NCBI GenBank assembly: GCA_964016885.1
Contig: OZ024741.1
Location: 114,576,001-114,640,000, forward strand
Reading direction: 5' to 3'
Length of the DNA: 64,000 nucleotides
Origin: Eledone cirrhosa
Lineage: Eukaryota
Position 1 is the first letter of the stretch. Each line of letters starts with the position of its first letter. Shown one piece after another: positions 49,601 through 64,000 of this stretch. The notes below the pieces were generated by a model that saw nothing but the letters and a program-made list of their open reading frames with translations, was not told where the DNA came from and did not search any database. Both the position numbers and the translations under genes were made by a program.

Positions 49601-52600
49601 AGACGGGGCACCCAAATAAAAAACGGGGCACCCAAATAAAAAACGAACCCCTCCCATAAAAAAACGGGGCACCCAAATAAAAAACGACCCCCCCATAAAC
49701 AAACGGGGCACCAAAATAAAATACGAACACCCCATAAAAAAAAACGGGGCACCCAAATAAAAAACGGGGCACCCAAATAAAAAAACGGTGAACCCAAACA
49801 AAAAGGGGGTACCCAAATAAAAAACGGGCACGCAAATAAGAAAATGGTGCACCCAAATAAAAAACGGTGCACCGAAATTAAAACGGATCCCCCCATAGTA
49901 AAACGGGGCACCAAAATAAAAAACCGACCCCACCATAAAAAAACGGGGCACCCACATAAAAAAGGGGCACCCAAGTAAAAAAACAAGGCACCCAAATAAA
50001 AAACGGGGCACCCAAATAAAATAACGGGTCAACCAAATATAAAACGGAGCACCCAAATAAAAAGACGGGGCACCCAAATAAAAAACGGGGCGCCCAAATA
50101 AGAAACGGACCCCCATAAAAAAACGGGTCACCTAAATATGAGACGGACCCCCATAAAAAAACGGTGTACCAAAATTAAAAAAACGGACCCCATAAAATAA
50201 CGGGGCACCCAAATAAAAAACGGCGCACCCAAATTAAAAACGGACCCCCCAAAATACGGGGCACCGAATTAAAAAACGGGGCACCCAAATAAAAAATGGC
50301 ACACCCATATAAAAAACGGGGCACCCAAATAAAAAAACGAGGCACCCAGATAAAAAATGACGCACCCAAATAAAAAAACGGGACACCCAAATAAAAAACG
50401 AGGCAACCAAATAAAAAATGGAACCCTCCATAAAAAGACCGGGCACCCAAATAAAAAACGGGGCACCCAAATAAAAAAACGAGGCACCCAGATAAAAAAT
50501 GGCACACCCATATAAAAAACGGGGCACCCAAATAAAAAAACGAGGCACCCAGATAAAAAATGACGCACCCAAATAAAAAAACGGGACACCCAAATAAAAA
50601 ACGAGGCAACCAAATAAAAAATGGAACCCTCCATAAAAAAACGGGGCACCCAAATGGAAAACGGACCCTCCATAAAAAAACGGGGCACCCAAATAAAAAA
50701 CGGGGCACCCAAGTAAAAAAACAAGGCACCCAAATAAAAAACCGGGCACCCAAATGAAAAACGGACCCTCCATAAAAAAACGGGGCACCCAAATAAAAAA
50801 CGGGGCATCCAAGTAAAAAAACAAGGCACCCAAATAAAATAACGGGACACCCAAATAAGAAAACGTTGCACCCAAATAAAAAACGGGGCACCCAAATAAG
50901 AAAACGGTGCACCCAAATAAAAAACGGGGCACCCAAATAAAAACGAACCCCCTTAGAAAAACGGGGCACCCAAATAAAAAACGGTCTCCACCATAAAAAA
51001 ACGGGACATCCAAATAAAAAACGGACCCCTCATTAGTAAATGGAAAGCCAAATAAAAACGGATCCCCACATAAAAAAACGTGGCAGCCAAATGAAAAATG
51101 GACCTCCCCCCCATAAAAAAACGGTGCACCCAAATAAAAAACGGGGCACCCAAATAAAAAACGCGAACCAAATAAAAAAAAGGACCTCTCCATAAAAAAA
51201 CGGGGCATCCCCCCAAAAAACGGGACACTCTAATAAAAGTCGGGGCACCCAAATAAAAAAACGAGGCACCCAGATAAAAAACAGGGCACCCAAATAAAAA
51301 AACGGGTCACCCAAATAAAAAAAGGGACAACCAAATAAAAAACGGACCCCCCCATAAAAAAACGGGGCACCCAAATAAAAAACGAACCCCCCCATAAAAA
51401 AACGGGGCACCCAAATAAAATACGGGGCACCCAAATAAGAAAACGTTGCACCCAAATAAAAAAAGGGGCACCCAAATAAAAAACGGGGCACCCAAAGAAG
51501 AAAACATTGCACCCAAATAAAAAACGGGGCACCCAAATAAAAACGGACCCCCGTAAAAAAACAAGGCACCCAGATAAAAAACGGGGCACCCAAATAAAAT
51601 AACGGGTCAACCAAATAAAAAACGGAGCACCCAAATAAAAAGACGGGGCACCCAAATAAAAAACGGGGCACCCAAATAAAAAACAACCCCCCCATAAAAT
51701 AACGGGGCACCAAAATAAAATACGTACACCCCATAAAAAAAACGGGGCACCCAAATAAGAAAACGGTGAACCCAAACAAAAAAGGGGTACCCAAATAAAA
51801 AACGGGGCACGCAAGTAAGAAAATGGTGCACCCAAATAAAAAACGGTGCACCGAAATTAAAACGGACCACCCCATAGTAAAACGGGGCACCAAAATAAAA
51901 AACGGACCCCACCATAAAAAACGGGGCACCCAAATAAAAAAAGGGGCACCCAAGTAAAAAAACAAGGCACCCAGATAGTAACGGGTCAACCAAATAAAAA
52001 ACGGAGCACCCAAATAAAAAGACGAGGCACCCAAATAAAAAACAGGGCACCCAAATAAAAAACAACCCGCCCCCATAAAAAAACTGGGCAGCCAAATAAA
52101 AACGGACCCCCACATAAAATAAAGGGGCAGCCAAATGAAAAACGGACCCCCCATAAAAAAACGGTGCACCTAAATAAAAAAACGGGGCAACGAAATAAAA
52201 AACGGGACAACCAAATAAAAAACGGACCCCACATAAAAAATGGGGCACCCAAATTAAAAACGTGGCGGCACCCAAATAACAAAACGAGGTACCCAGATAA
52301 AAAACGGGGAACCCAAAGAAAAAAACGGTTCACCCAAATAAAAAACGGGGCACCCAAATAAGAAACGGACCCCCCATAAAAAAACGGGGCACCCAAATAT
52401 GAAACGGACACCCCATAAAAAAACGGTGTACCAAAATAAAAAAACGGACCCCATAAAATAACGGGGCACCCAAATAAAAAACGGCGCACCCAAATTAAAA
52501 TCGGACTCCCCCAAAATACGGGGCACCGAATTAAAAAACGGGGCACCCAAATAAAAAAACCAGGCACCCAGATAAAAAATGACGCACCAAAATAAAAAAA

Positions 52601-55600
52601 ACGGGACACCCAAATAAAAAACGAGGCAACCAAATAAAAAATGGAACCCTCCATAAAAAGACGGGGCACCCAAATAAAAAACGGATCCCCCCATAAAAAA
52701 ATGGGGGACCCAAATAAAAAACGGGGCACCCAAATAAAAAAACGAGTCACCCAGATAAAAAATGGCACACCCATATAAAAAACGGGGCAACCAAATAAAA
52801 AATGGAACCCTCCATAAAAAAACGGGGCATCTAAATGAAAAACGGACCCTCCATAAAAAAACGGGGCACCCAAATAAAAAACGGGGCACCCATGTAAAAA
52901 AACAAGGCACCCAAATAAAAAACGGGGCACCCAAATGAAAAACGGACCCTCCATAAAAAAATGGGGCACCCAAATGAAAAACGGGGCACCCAAGTAAAAA
53001 AACAAGGCACCCAAATAAAAAACGGGGCACCCAAATAAAATAACGGGGCACCCAAATAAGAAAACGTTGCACCCAAATAAAAAAAGGGGCACCCAAATAA
53101 AAAACGGGGCACCCAATTAAGAAAACGGGGCACCCAAATAAAAAACGGGGCACCCAAATAAAAAAACGGGGCACCCAAATAAAAAACGGTCTCAACCATA
53201 AAAAAACGGGGCATCCAAATAAAAAACGGACCCCTCATTAGTAAATGGAAAGCCAAATAAAAACGGATCCCCACATAAAAAAAACGTGGCAGCCAAATGA
53301 AAAATGGACCCCCCCCATAAAAAACGGTGCACCCAAATAAAAAACGGGGCACCCAAATAAAAAACGGGAAACAAATAAAAAAAGGGACCTCCCCAAAAAA
53401 AACGGGGCACCCCCCCCAAAAACGGGACACTCTAATAAAAGTCGGGGCACCCAAATAAAAAAACCAGGCACCCAGATAAAAAACAGGGCACCCAAATAAA
53501 AAAACGGGTCACCCAAATAAAAACGGGGCACCCAAATAAAAAACGTACCCCCCATAAAAAAACCGGGCACCCAAATAAAAAACGGAGCCCCCCATAAAAA
53601 AACGGGGCACCCAAATTAAAAAATGGGGCACCGAAATAAAAAACGTGGCACCCAAATAAAAAAACGAGGTACCCAGATAAAAAATGGCACACCCATATAA
53701 AAAACGGGGCAACCAAATAAAAAATGGAACCCTCCATAAAAAAACGGAGCACCCAAATGAAAAACGGACCCTCCATAAAAAAACGGGGCACCCAAATAAA
53801 AAACGGGGCACCCAAGTAAAAAAACAAGGCACACAAATAAAAAACGGGGCACCCAAATAAAATAACGGGTCAACCAAATAAAAAACGGGGCACCCAAATA
53901 AAAAACGAACCCCCCCATAAACAAACGGTGCACCCAAATAAAATACGTACACCCCCATAAAAAAAACGGGGCACCCAAATAAAAAACGGGGCACCCAAAT
54001 AAGAAAACGGTGCCACCCAAACAAAAAAAGGGGCACCCAAATAAGAAAATGGTGCACCCAAATAAAAAACGGTGCACCCAAATTAAAACGGACTCCCCAT
54101 AGTAAAACGGGGCACCCAAATAAAAAAAGGCCCCCCATAAAAAAACGGGGCATCGAAATATAAAACGGACTCCCCCATAAAAAACTGGGCAGCCAAATAA
54201 AAACGGACCCCACATAAAATAACGGGGCAGCCAAATGGAAAACGGACCCCCCCATAAAAAAACGGTGCAGCCAAATAAAAAACGGGACAACCAAATAAAA
54301 AACTAACCCCCCCATAAAAAAAACGGGGCACCCAAATAAAAAACGGGGCACCCAAATAAGAAACGGGGCACCCAAATAAAAAAACGGGGCACCCAAATAA
54401 AAAAACGGACCCCCCATAAAATAACCGGGCACCCAAATAAAAAACGGACCCCCCCATAAAAAAATGGGGCACCCAAATAAAAAACTACCCCCCCCCAAAT
54501 AAATAACGGGGCACCCAAATTAAAAAACGGGGCACCCAAATAAAAAACGGGGCACCCAAATAAAAAAACGGGGCACCCAAATAAAAAACGGGGCACCCAA
54601 ATAAAAAAACGGGGCACCCAAATAAAAAACGTAGCACCCAAATAAAAAACGCCCGACCCATAAAAAAACCGGGCACCCAAATAAAAAATAACCTCCCCAT
54701 AAAAAAACGATACACCCAAATAAAAAATGGGGCACCCAAATAAAAAACGTGGGCCCAAATAAAAAAACGAGGCACCCAGATAAAAAACGGGGCACCCAAA
54801 TAAAAAAACGGGGCACCCAAATAAAAAATGGGAACCAAATAAAAAACGGACCTCCCCATAAAAAACGAACCCCCGCCATAATAAGCGGGGCACCCAAATA
54901 AAAAACGGAGCACCCAAATAAAAAACGGGGCACCCAAATAAAAAACGTACCCCCCATAAAAAAACCGGGCACCCAAATAAAAAACGGAGCCCCCCATAAA
55001 AAAACGGGGCACCCAAATTAAAAACTAACCCCCCCATAAAAACGGGGCACCCAAATTAAAAAATGGGGCACCGAAATAAAAAACGTGGCACCCAAAAAAA
55101 AAAACGAGGTACCCAGATAAAAAATGGCACACCCATATAAAAAACGGGGCAACTAAATAAAAAATGGAACCCTCCATAAAAAAACGGAGCACCCAAATGA
55201 AAAACGGACCCTCCATAAAAAACGGGGCACCCAAATAAAAAACGGGGCACCCAAGTAAAAAAACAAGGCACACAAATAAAAAACGGGGCACCCAAATAAA
55301 ATAACGGGTCAACCAAATAAAAAACGGGGCACCCAAATAAAAAACGAACCCCCCCATAAACAAACGGGTCGCCCAAATAAAAAACGGGGCACCCAAATAA
55401 AAAAACGAGGAACCCACATAAAAAACGAGGCACCCAGATAAAAAACGGGTCGCCCAAATAAAAAATGGGGCACCCAAATAAAAAAACGAGGCACCCATAT
55501 AAAAAACGAGGCACCCAAATAAAAAACGGACTCCCCATAAAGAAACGGGTCACCCAAATAAAAAACGACCCCCCCATAATAAACGGGTCACCCAATTAAA

Positions 55601-58600
55601 AAAACGGGGCACCCAAATAAAAAAACAAGGCACAGAAATAAAAAACGGGGCACCCAAATAAAAAAACGGGTCGCCCAAATAAAAAACGGGGCACCCAAAT
55701 AAAAAAACGAGGCACCCATATAAAATACGAGGCCCCAAATAAAAAACGGATTCCCCATAAAGTAACGGGTCACCCAAATAAAAAACGACCCCCCCATAAT
55801 AAACGGGTCACCCAATTAAAAAAACGGGGCACCCAAATAAAAAAACAAGACACAGAAATAAAAAACGGGGCACCCAAATAAAAAAACGGGTCGCCCAAAT
55901 AAAAAACGGGGCACCCAAATAAAAAAACCAGGCACCCATATAAAAAACGAGGCCCCAAATAAAAAACGGATTCCCCATAAAGAAACGGGTCACCCAAATA
56001 AAAAACGACCCCCCCCATAATAAACGGGTCACCCAATTAAAAAAACGGGGCACCCAAATGAAAAACGGGGCACCCAGATAAAAAACGGCGCACCCAAATA
56101 AAAAAAACGGAGCACCCAAATAAAAAACGGGTCAACCAAATAAAAAACGGACCACCCCATAAAAAAACGGCGCACCCAAATGAAAAACGGACCCCCCCAT
56201 AAAATAACGGGGCACCCAAATAAAGGAACGTGGGACCCAAATAAAAAACGGATCCCCCATAAAAAAATGGGGCACCCAAATAAAAAACTAACCCCCCCAA
56301 ATAAATAACGGGGCACCCAAAGAAAAAACGAGGCACCCACATAAAAAACGAGGCCCCCAAATGAAAAAACGAGGCACCCAGATAAAAAACGGGGCACCCA
56401 AATAAAATAACGGGGCACCCAAATAAAAAACGGGGCACCCAAATTAAAAACGGGGCACCCAAATAAAAAAACGGGTCAACCAAATAAAAAACGGACCGCC
56501 CCATAAAAGAACGTGGCACCCAAATGAAAAACGGACCACCCCATAAAATAACGGGGCACCCAAATAAAAGAACGAGGTACCCAAATAAAAAACGGACCCC
56601 CATAAAAAAATGGGGAACCCAAATAAAAAACTAACCCCCCCAAATAAATAACGGGGCACCCAAATTAAAAAACCGGGCATCCAAATAAAACACGGGGCAC
56701 CCAAATAAAAAACGGGGCACCCAAATAAAAAAACAGGGCACCCAAATAAAAAACGGGGCAACCAAATAAAAAACCGACCACCCCATAAAAAAACGGGGCA
56801 CCCAAATAAAAAAACGGGGCACCCAAATAAAAAACGGGGCCCCCAAATAAAAAAACGAGGCACCCAGATATAAAACGGGGCACCCAAATAAAAAAACGGG
56901 TCGCCCAAATAAAAAACGGGGCACCCAAATAAAAAAACGAGGAACCCACATAAAAAACGAGGCACCCAGATAAAAAACGGGGCACCCAAATAAAAAAACG
57001 GGTCGCCCAAATAAAAAATGGGGCACCCAAATAAAAAAACGAGGCACCCATATAAAAAACGAGGCACCCAAATAAAAAACGGACTCCCCCATAAAAAAAC
57101 GGGGCACCCAAATGAAAAACGGACCCCACCATAAAAAACGGGACACCCAAATAAAAAAACGGGGCACCCAAATAAAAAACGGGGCACTCAAATAAAAAAA
57201 CGGGTCGCCCAAATAAAAAAAACGAGGCACCCATATAAAAAACGAGGCACCCAAATAAAAAGCGGATTCCCCATAAAGAAACGGGGCACCCAAATAAAAA
57301 ACGATCCCCCCCCATAATAAACGGGTCACCCAATTAAAAAAACGGGGCACCCAAATGAAAAACGGGTCAACCAAATAAAAAAATGGTTCGCCCAAATAAA
57401 AAACGGGGCACCCAAATAAAAAAACGAGGCACCCACATAAAAAACGAGGCCCCCAAATGAAAAAACGAGGCACCCAGATAAAAAACGGGGCACCCAAATA
57501 AAGGAACGTGTGACCCAAATAAAATACGGACCCCCCATAAAAAAATGGGGCACCCAAATAAAAAACTAACCCCCCCAAATAAATAACGGGGCACCCAAAT
57601 TAAAAAACGAGGCACCCAAATAAAAAAACGGGGCACCCAAATAAAAAACGGGGCCCCCAAATAAAAAAACGAGGCACCCAGATAAAAGACGGGGCACCCA
57701 AATAAAAAAATGGGTTGCCCAAATAAAAAAAGGGGCACCCAAATAAAAAAACGAAGCACCCACATAAAAAACGAGGCCCCCAAATGAAAAAACGAGGCAC
57801 CCAGATAAAAAACGGGGCACCCAAATAAAAAAACGGGTCGCCCAAATAAAAAACGGGGCACCCAAATAAAAAAACGGGTCGCCCAAATAAAAAACGGGGC
57901 ACCCAAATAAAAAACAGGGTACCCAAATAAAAAACGAGGCAACCAAATAAAAAACGGACCACCCCATAAAAAAACGGGGCACCCAAATAAAAAACGGGGC
58001 CCCCAAATAAAAAAACGAGGCACCCAGATAAAAAACGGGGCACCCAAATAAAAAATGGGTCGCCCAAATAAAAAACGGGGCACCCAAATAAAAAAACGAG
58101 GCACCCACATAAAAAACAAGGCCCCCAAATGAAAAAACGAGGCACCCAGATAAAAAACGGGGCACCCAAATAAAAAAATGGGGCACCCAAATAAAAAAAA
58201 GAGGCACCCAAATAAAAAACGGACTCCCCCATAAAAAAACGGGGCACCCAAATGAAAAACGGACCCCACCATAAAAAACGGGGCACCCAAATAAAAAAAC
58301 GGGGTGAAGAAATAAAAAACGGGGCCCCCAAATACAAAAACGAGGCACCCAGATAAAAAACGGGGCACCCAAATAAAAAAACGGGTCGCCCAAATAAAAA
58401 ACGGGGCACCCAAATAAAAAAAACGAGGCACCCATATAAAAAACGAGGCACCCAAATAAAAAACGGACTCCCCCATAAAGAAACGGGACACCCAAATAAA
58501 ACCCCCCCCATAATAAACGGGTCAGCCAATTAAAAAAACGAGGCACCCAGATAAAAAACGGCGCACCCAAATAAAAAAAACGGAGCACCCAAATAAAAAA

Positions 58601-61600
58601 CGGGTCAACCAAATGAAAAACGGACCCCCCCATAAAATAACGGGGCACCCAAATAAAGGAACGTGGGACCCAAATAAAAAACGGACCCCCCATAAAAAAA
58701 TGGGGCACCCAAATAAAAAACTAACCCCCCCAAATAAATAACGGGGCACCCAAATTAAAAAACCGGACACCCAAATAAAAAACGGGGCACCCAAATGAAA
58801 AACGGACCCCCCCCCATAAAATAACGGGGCACCCAAATAAAGGAACGTGGGACCCAAATAAAAAACGAACCCCCCATAAAAAAATGGGGCACCCAAATAA
58901 AAAACTAACCCCCCCAAATAAATAACGGGGCACCCAAATTAAAAAACCGGACACCCAAATAAAAAACGGGGCACCCAAATAAAAAACGGGGCACCCAAAT
59001 AAAAAACGGGGCACCCAAATAAAAAACGGTGCCCCCAAATAAAAAACGGGGCACCCAAATAAAAAAATGGTTCGCCCAAATAAAAAACGGGGCACCCAAA
59101 TAAAAAAACGAGGCACCCACATAAAAAACAAGGCCCCCAAATGAAAAAACGAGGCACCCAGATAAAAAACGGGGCACCCAATTAAAAAAACGGGTCGCCC
59201 AAATAAAAAACGGGGCACCGAAATAAAAAACGGGGCAACGAAATAAAAAACGGACCACCCCATAAAAAAACGGGGCACCCAAATAAAAAAACGGAGCACC
59301 CAAATAAAAAACGGGGCCCCCAAATAAAATAACGAGGCACCCAGATAAAAAACGGGGCACCCAAATAAAAAAACGGGGCACAGAAATAAAAAATGGGGCC
59401 CCCAAATACAAAAACGAGGCACCCAGATAAAAAACGGGGCACCCAAATAAAAAAACGGGTCGCCCAAATAAAAAACGGGGTACCCAAATAAAAAAACGAG
59501 GCACCCATATAAAAAACGAGGCACCCATATAAAAAACGGACTCCCCCATAAAGAAACGGGACACCCAAATAAAAAACGAACTCCCCCATAAAAAACGGGT
59601 CACCCAATTAAAAAAAACGGGGCACCCAAATGAAAAACGGGGCACCCAGATAAAAAACGGCGCACCCAAATAAAAAAAACGGAGCACCCAAATAAAAAAC
59701 GGGTCAACCAAATAAAAAACGGACCACCCCATAAAAAAACGGGGCACCCAAATGAAAAACGGACCCCCCCCATAAAATAACGGGGCACCCAAATAAAGGA
59801 ACGTGGGACCCAAATAAAAAACGGACCCCCCATAAAAAAATGGGGCACCCAAATAAAAAACTAACCCCCCCAAATAAATAACGGGGCACCCAAATAAAAA
59901 AACGAGGCACCGACATAAAAAACGAGGCCCCCAAATGAAAAAACGAGGCACCCAGATAAAAAAGGGGGCACCCAAATAAAAAAACGGGTCGCCCAAATAA
60001 AAAATGGGGCACCCAAATAAAAAAACGAGGCACCCATATAAAAAAACGAGGAACCCACATAAAAAACGGACTCCCCCATAAAAAAACGGGGCACCAAAAT
60101 TAAAAACGGACCCCACCATAAAAAACGGGGCACCCAAATAAAAAAACGGGGCACAGAAATAAAAAACGGGGCACCCAAATAAAAAAACGGGGCACCCAAA
60201 TAAAAAACGGGGCACTCAAATAAAAAAACGGGTCGCCCAAATAAAAAACGTGGCACCCAAATAAAAAAAACGAGGCACCCATATAAAAAACGAGGCACCC
60301 AAATAAAAAGCGGATTCCCCATAAAGAAACGGGGCACCCAAATAAAAAACGAACTCCCCCCATAATGAACGGGTCACCCAATTAAAAAATCGGGGCACCC
60401 AAATGAAAAACGGGGCACCCAGATAAAAAACGGCGAACCCAAATAAAAAAAACGGAGCACCCAAATAAAAAACGGGTCAACCAAATAAAAAACGGACCAC
60501 CCCATAAAATAACGGGGCACCCAAATAAAGGAACGTGTGACCCAAATAAAATACGGACCCCCTATAAAAAAATGGGGCACCCAAATAAAAAACTAACCCC
60601 CCCAAATAAATAACGGGGCACCCAAATTAAAAAACGAGGCAAACAAATAAAAAAACGGGGCACCCAAATAAAAAACGGGGCCCCCAAATAAAAAAACGAG
60701 GCACCCAGATAAAAGACGGGGCACCCAAATAAAAAAATGGGTCGCCCAAATAAAAAAAGGGGCACCCAAATAAAAAAACGAAGCACCCACATAAAAAACG
60801 AGGCCCCCAAATGAAAAAACGAGGCACCCAGATAAAAAACAGGGCACCCAAATAAAAAAACGGGTCGCCCAAATAAAAAACGGGGCACCCAAATAAAAAA
60901 ACGGGTCGCCCAAATAAAAAACGGGGCACCCAAATAAAAAACAGGGTACCCAAATAAAAAACGAGGCAACCAAATAAAAAACGGACCACCCCATAAAAAA
61001 ACGGGTCGCCCAAATAAAAAATGGGGCACCCAAATAAAAAAACGAGGCACCCAAATAAAAAACGGACTCCCCCATAAAAAAACGGGGCACCCAAATGAAA
61101 AACGGACCCCACCATAAAAAACGGGGCACCCAAATAAAAAACGGGGCGAAGAAATAAAAAACGGGGCCCCCAAATACAAAAACGAGGCACCCAGATAAAA
61201 ACGGGGCACCCAAATAAAAAAACGGGTCGCCCAAATAAAAAACGGGGCACCCAAATAAAAAAAACGAGGCACCCAAATAAAAAACGGACTCCCCCATAAA
61301 GAAACGGGACACCCAAATAAAAAACGAACCCCCCCATAATAAACGGGTCACCCAATTAAAAAAACGGGGCACCCAAATGAAAAACGGGGCACCCAGATAA
61401 AAAAAGGCGCACCCAAATAAAAAAAACGGAGCACCCAAATAAAAAACGGGTCAACCAAATAAAAAACGGACCACCCCATAAAAAAACGGGGCACCCAAAT
61501 GAAAAACGGACCCCCCCCATAAAATAACGGGGCACCCAAATAAAGGAACGTGGGACCCAAATAAAAAACGGACCCCCCATAAAAAAAGGGGTCACCCAAA

Positions 61601-64000
61601 TAAAAAACTAACCCCCCCAAATAAATAACGGGGCACCCAAATTAAAAAACCGGACACCCAAATAAAAAACGGGGCACCCAAATAAAAAACGGGGCACCCA
61701 AATAAAAAACGGGGCACCCAAATAAAAAACGGGGCCCCCAAATAAAAAACGGGGCACCCAAATAAAAAAATGGTTCGCCCAAATAAAAAACGGGGCACCC
61801 AAATAAAAAAACGAGGCACCCACATAAAAAACAAGGCCCCCAAATGAAAAAACGAGGCACCCAGATAAAAAACGGGGCACCCAATTAAAAAAACGGGTCG
61901 CCCAAATAAAAAACGGGGCAACCAAATAAAAAACGGACCACCCCATAAAAAAACGGGGCACCCAAATAAAAAAACGGAGCACCCAAATAAAAAACGGGGC
62001 CCCCAAATAAAAAAACGAGGCACCCAGATAAAAAACGGGGCACCCAAATAAAAAAACGGGGCACAGAAATAAAAAATGGGGCCCCCAAATACAAAAACGA
62101 GGCACCCAGATAAAAAACGGGGCACCCAAATAAAAAAACGGGTCGCCCAAATAAAAAACGGGGTACCCAAATAAAAAAACGAGGCACCCATATAAAAAAC
62201 GAGGCACCCATATAAAAAACGGACACCCAAATAAAAAACGAACCCCCCCATAAAAAACGGGTCACCCAATTAAAAAAAACGGGGCACCCAAATGAAAAAC
62301 GGGGCACCCAGATAAAAAACGGCGCACCCAAATAAAAAAAACGGAGCACCCAAATAAAAAACGGGTCAACCAAATAAAAAACGGACCACCCCATAAAAAA
62401 ACGGGGCACCCAAATGAAAAACGGACCCCCCCATAAAATAACGGGGCACCCAAATAAAGGAACGTGGGACCCAAATAAAAAACAGGGCACCCAAATAAAA
62501 AACGGGGCAACCAAATAAAAAAAGGACCCCCCCATAAAAAAACGGGGCACCCAAATAAAAAAACGGGGCACCCAAATAAAAAACGGGGCACCCAAATAAA
62601 AAAACGGGGCACCCAAATAAAAAACGGGGCAACCAAATAAAAAAACGGACCCCCCATAAAATAACCGGGCACCCAAATAAAAAACTGACCCCCCATAAAA
62701 AAATGGGGCACCCAAATAAAAAAATTAACCCCCCCAAATAAATAACAGGGCACCCAAATAAAAAACGGGGCACCCAAATAAAAAACGGGTCAACCAAATA
62801 AAAAACGGACCACCCCATAAAAAAATGGGGCACCGAAATGAAAAACGGACCCCCCCATAAAATAACGGGGCACCCAAATAAAGGAACGTGGGACCCAAAT
62901 AAAAAACGGACCCCCCCATAAAAAAATGGGGCACCCAAATAAAAAACTAACCCCCCCAAATAAATAACGGGGCACCCAAATAAAAAACGAGGCACCCACA
63001 TAAAAAACGCGGCCCCCAAATGAAAAAACGAGGCACCCAGATAAAAAAGGGGGCACCCAAATAAAAAAACGGGTCGCCCAAATAAAAAATGGGGCACCCA
63101 AATAAAAAAACGAGGCACCCATATAAAAAACGAGGCAACCAAATAAAAAACGGACTCCCCCATAAAAAAACGGGGCACCCAAATTAAAAACGGACCCCAC
63201 CATAAAAAACGGGGCACCCAAATAAAAAAACGGGGCACAGAAATAAAAAACGGGGCACCCAAATAAAAAAACGGGGCACCCAAATAAAAAACGGGGACCC
63301 CAAATAAAAAAATGAGGCACCCAGATAAAAAACGGGTCGCCCAAATAAAAAACGGGGCACCCAAATAAAAAAAACGAGGCACCCATATAAAAAACGAGGC
63401 ACCCAAATAAAAAGCGGATTCCCCATAAAGAAACGGGGCACCCAAATAAAAAACGAACTCCCCCCATAATAAACGGGTCACCCAATTAAAAAAACGGGGC
63501 ACCCAAATGAAAAACGGGGCACCTAGATAAAAAACGGCGAACCCAAATAAAAAAAACGGAGCACCCAAATAAAAAACGGGTCAACCAAATAAAAAACGGA
63601 CCACCCCATAAAAAAACGGGGCACCCAAATGAAAAACCGACCCCCCCATAAATAACGGGGCACCCAAATAAAGGAACGTGTGACCCAAATAAAATACGGA
63701 CCACCCATAAAAAAATGGGGCACCCAAATAAAAAACTAACCCCCCCAAATAAATAACGGGGCACCCAAATTAAAAAACGAGGCACCCAAATAAAAAAACG
63801 GGGCACCCAAATAAAAAACGGGGCCCCCAAATAAAAAAACGAGGCACCCAGATAAAAGACGGGGCACCCAAATAAAAAAATGGGTTGCCCAAATAAAAAA
63901 AGGGGCACCCAAATAAAAAAACGAAGCACCCACATAAAAAACGAGGCCCCCAAATGAAAAAACGAGGCACCCAGATAAAAAACGGGGCACCCAAATAAAA
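34609..64000. repeat. Satellite DNA array, ~20-bp monomer CCCAAATAAAAAACGGGGCA with variant ..AAACGGACCCCCCATAAAA.., running off the window end
   Basis: Continuous single-orientation tandem array of ~29.4 kb (roughly 1,450 monomers by length/20). No interrupting transposon was seen. Confidence 0.99.

Noticed and set aside
34558-63994. Dozens of long minus-strand ORFs (FLFGCPVF / FFIWVPRF / FYLGAPFF, up to 688 aa)
   Set aside because: The minus strand has very few A residues, so stops are rare. All three frames are open and interconvert with homopolymer length changes, which is the pattern of satellite translation rather than genes.
34609-64000. CRISPR array or telomeric repeat
   Set aside because: There are no unique spacers and no cas genes, the context is eukaryotic, and there are no (TTAGGG)n tracts.
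34609-64000. Strong G-quadruplex array
   Set aside because: G-tracts are separated by ~15-20 nt loops and are paired locally with C-tracts, so hairpin or duplex is more plausible. Not excluded for the C7-C10 variants.

Overview
AT-rich, repeat-dominated animal genomic DNA. The SINE families and microsatellite style suggest an Octopus (cephalopod) genome; this is recognition, not a database result. Bases 1-34.6 kb are a transposon patchwork. It holds many tRNA-type SINEs and a decayed full-length Helitron (15639-22229) nested in a short element of its own family. It also holds a decayed RLE-type (R4/Dong-like) non-LTR retrotransposon and a decayed Penelope-like element (RT + GIY-YIG) with a well-formed type I hammerhead ribozyme upstream of its ORF. 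An unclassified ~334-bp repeat carries octamer and CTCF-like motifs, and there are at least five local fold-back inverted duplications. One good candidate host exon (7019-7537) and one weaker orphan ORF (3364-3807) are present. From 34609 to the window end lies a ~29.4-kb satellite of a ~20-bp monomer (CCCAAATAAAAAACGGGGCA) with layered kb-scale higher-order repeats; its many ORFs are compositional artefacts. Coordinates of degenerate repeats are approximate and all alignments were done by eye.
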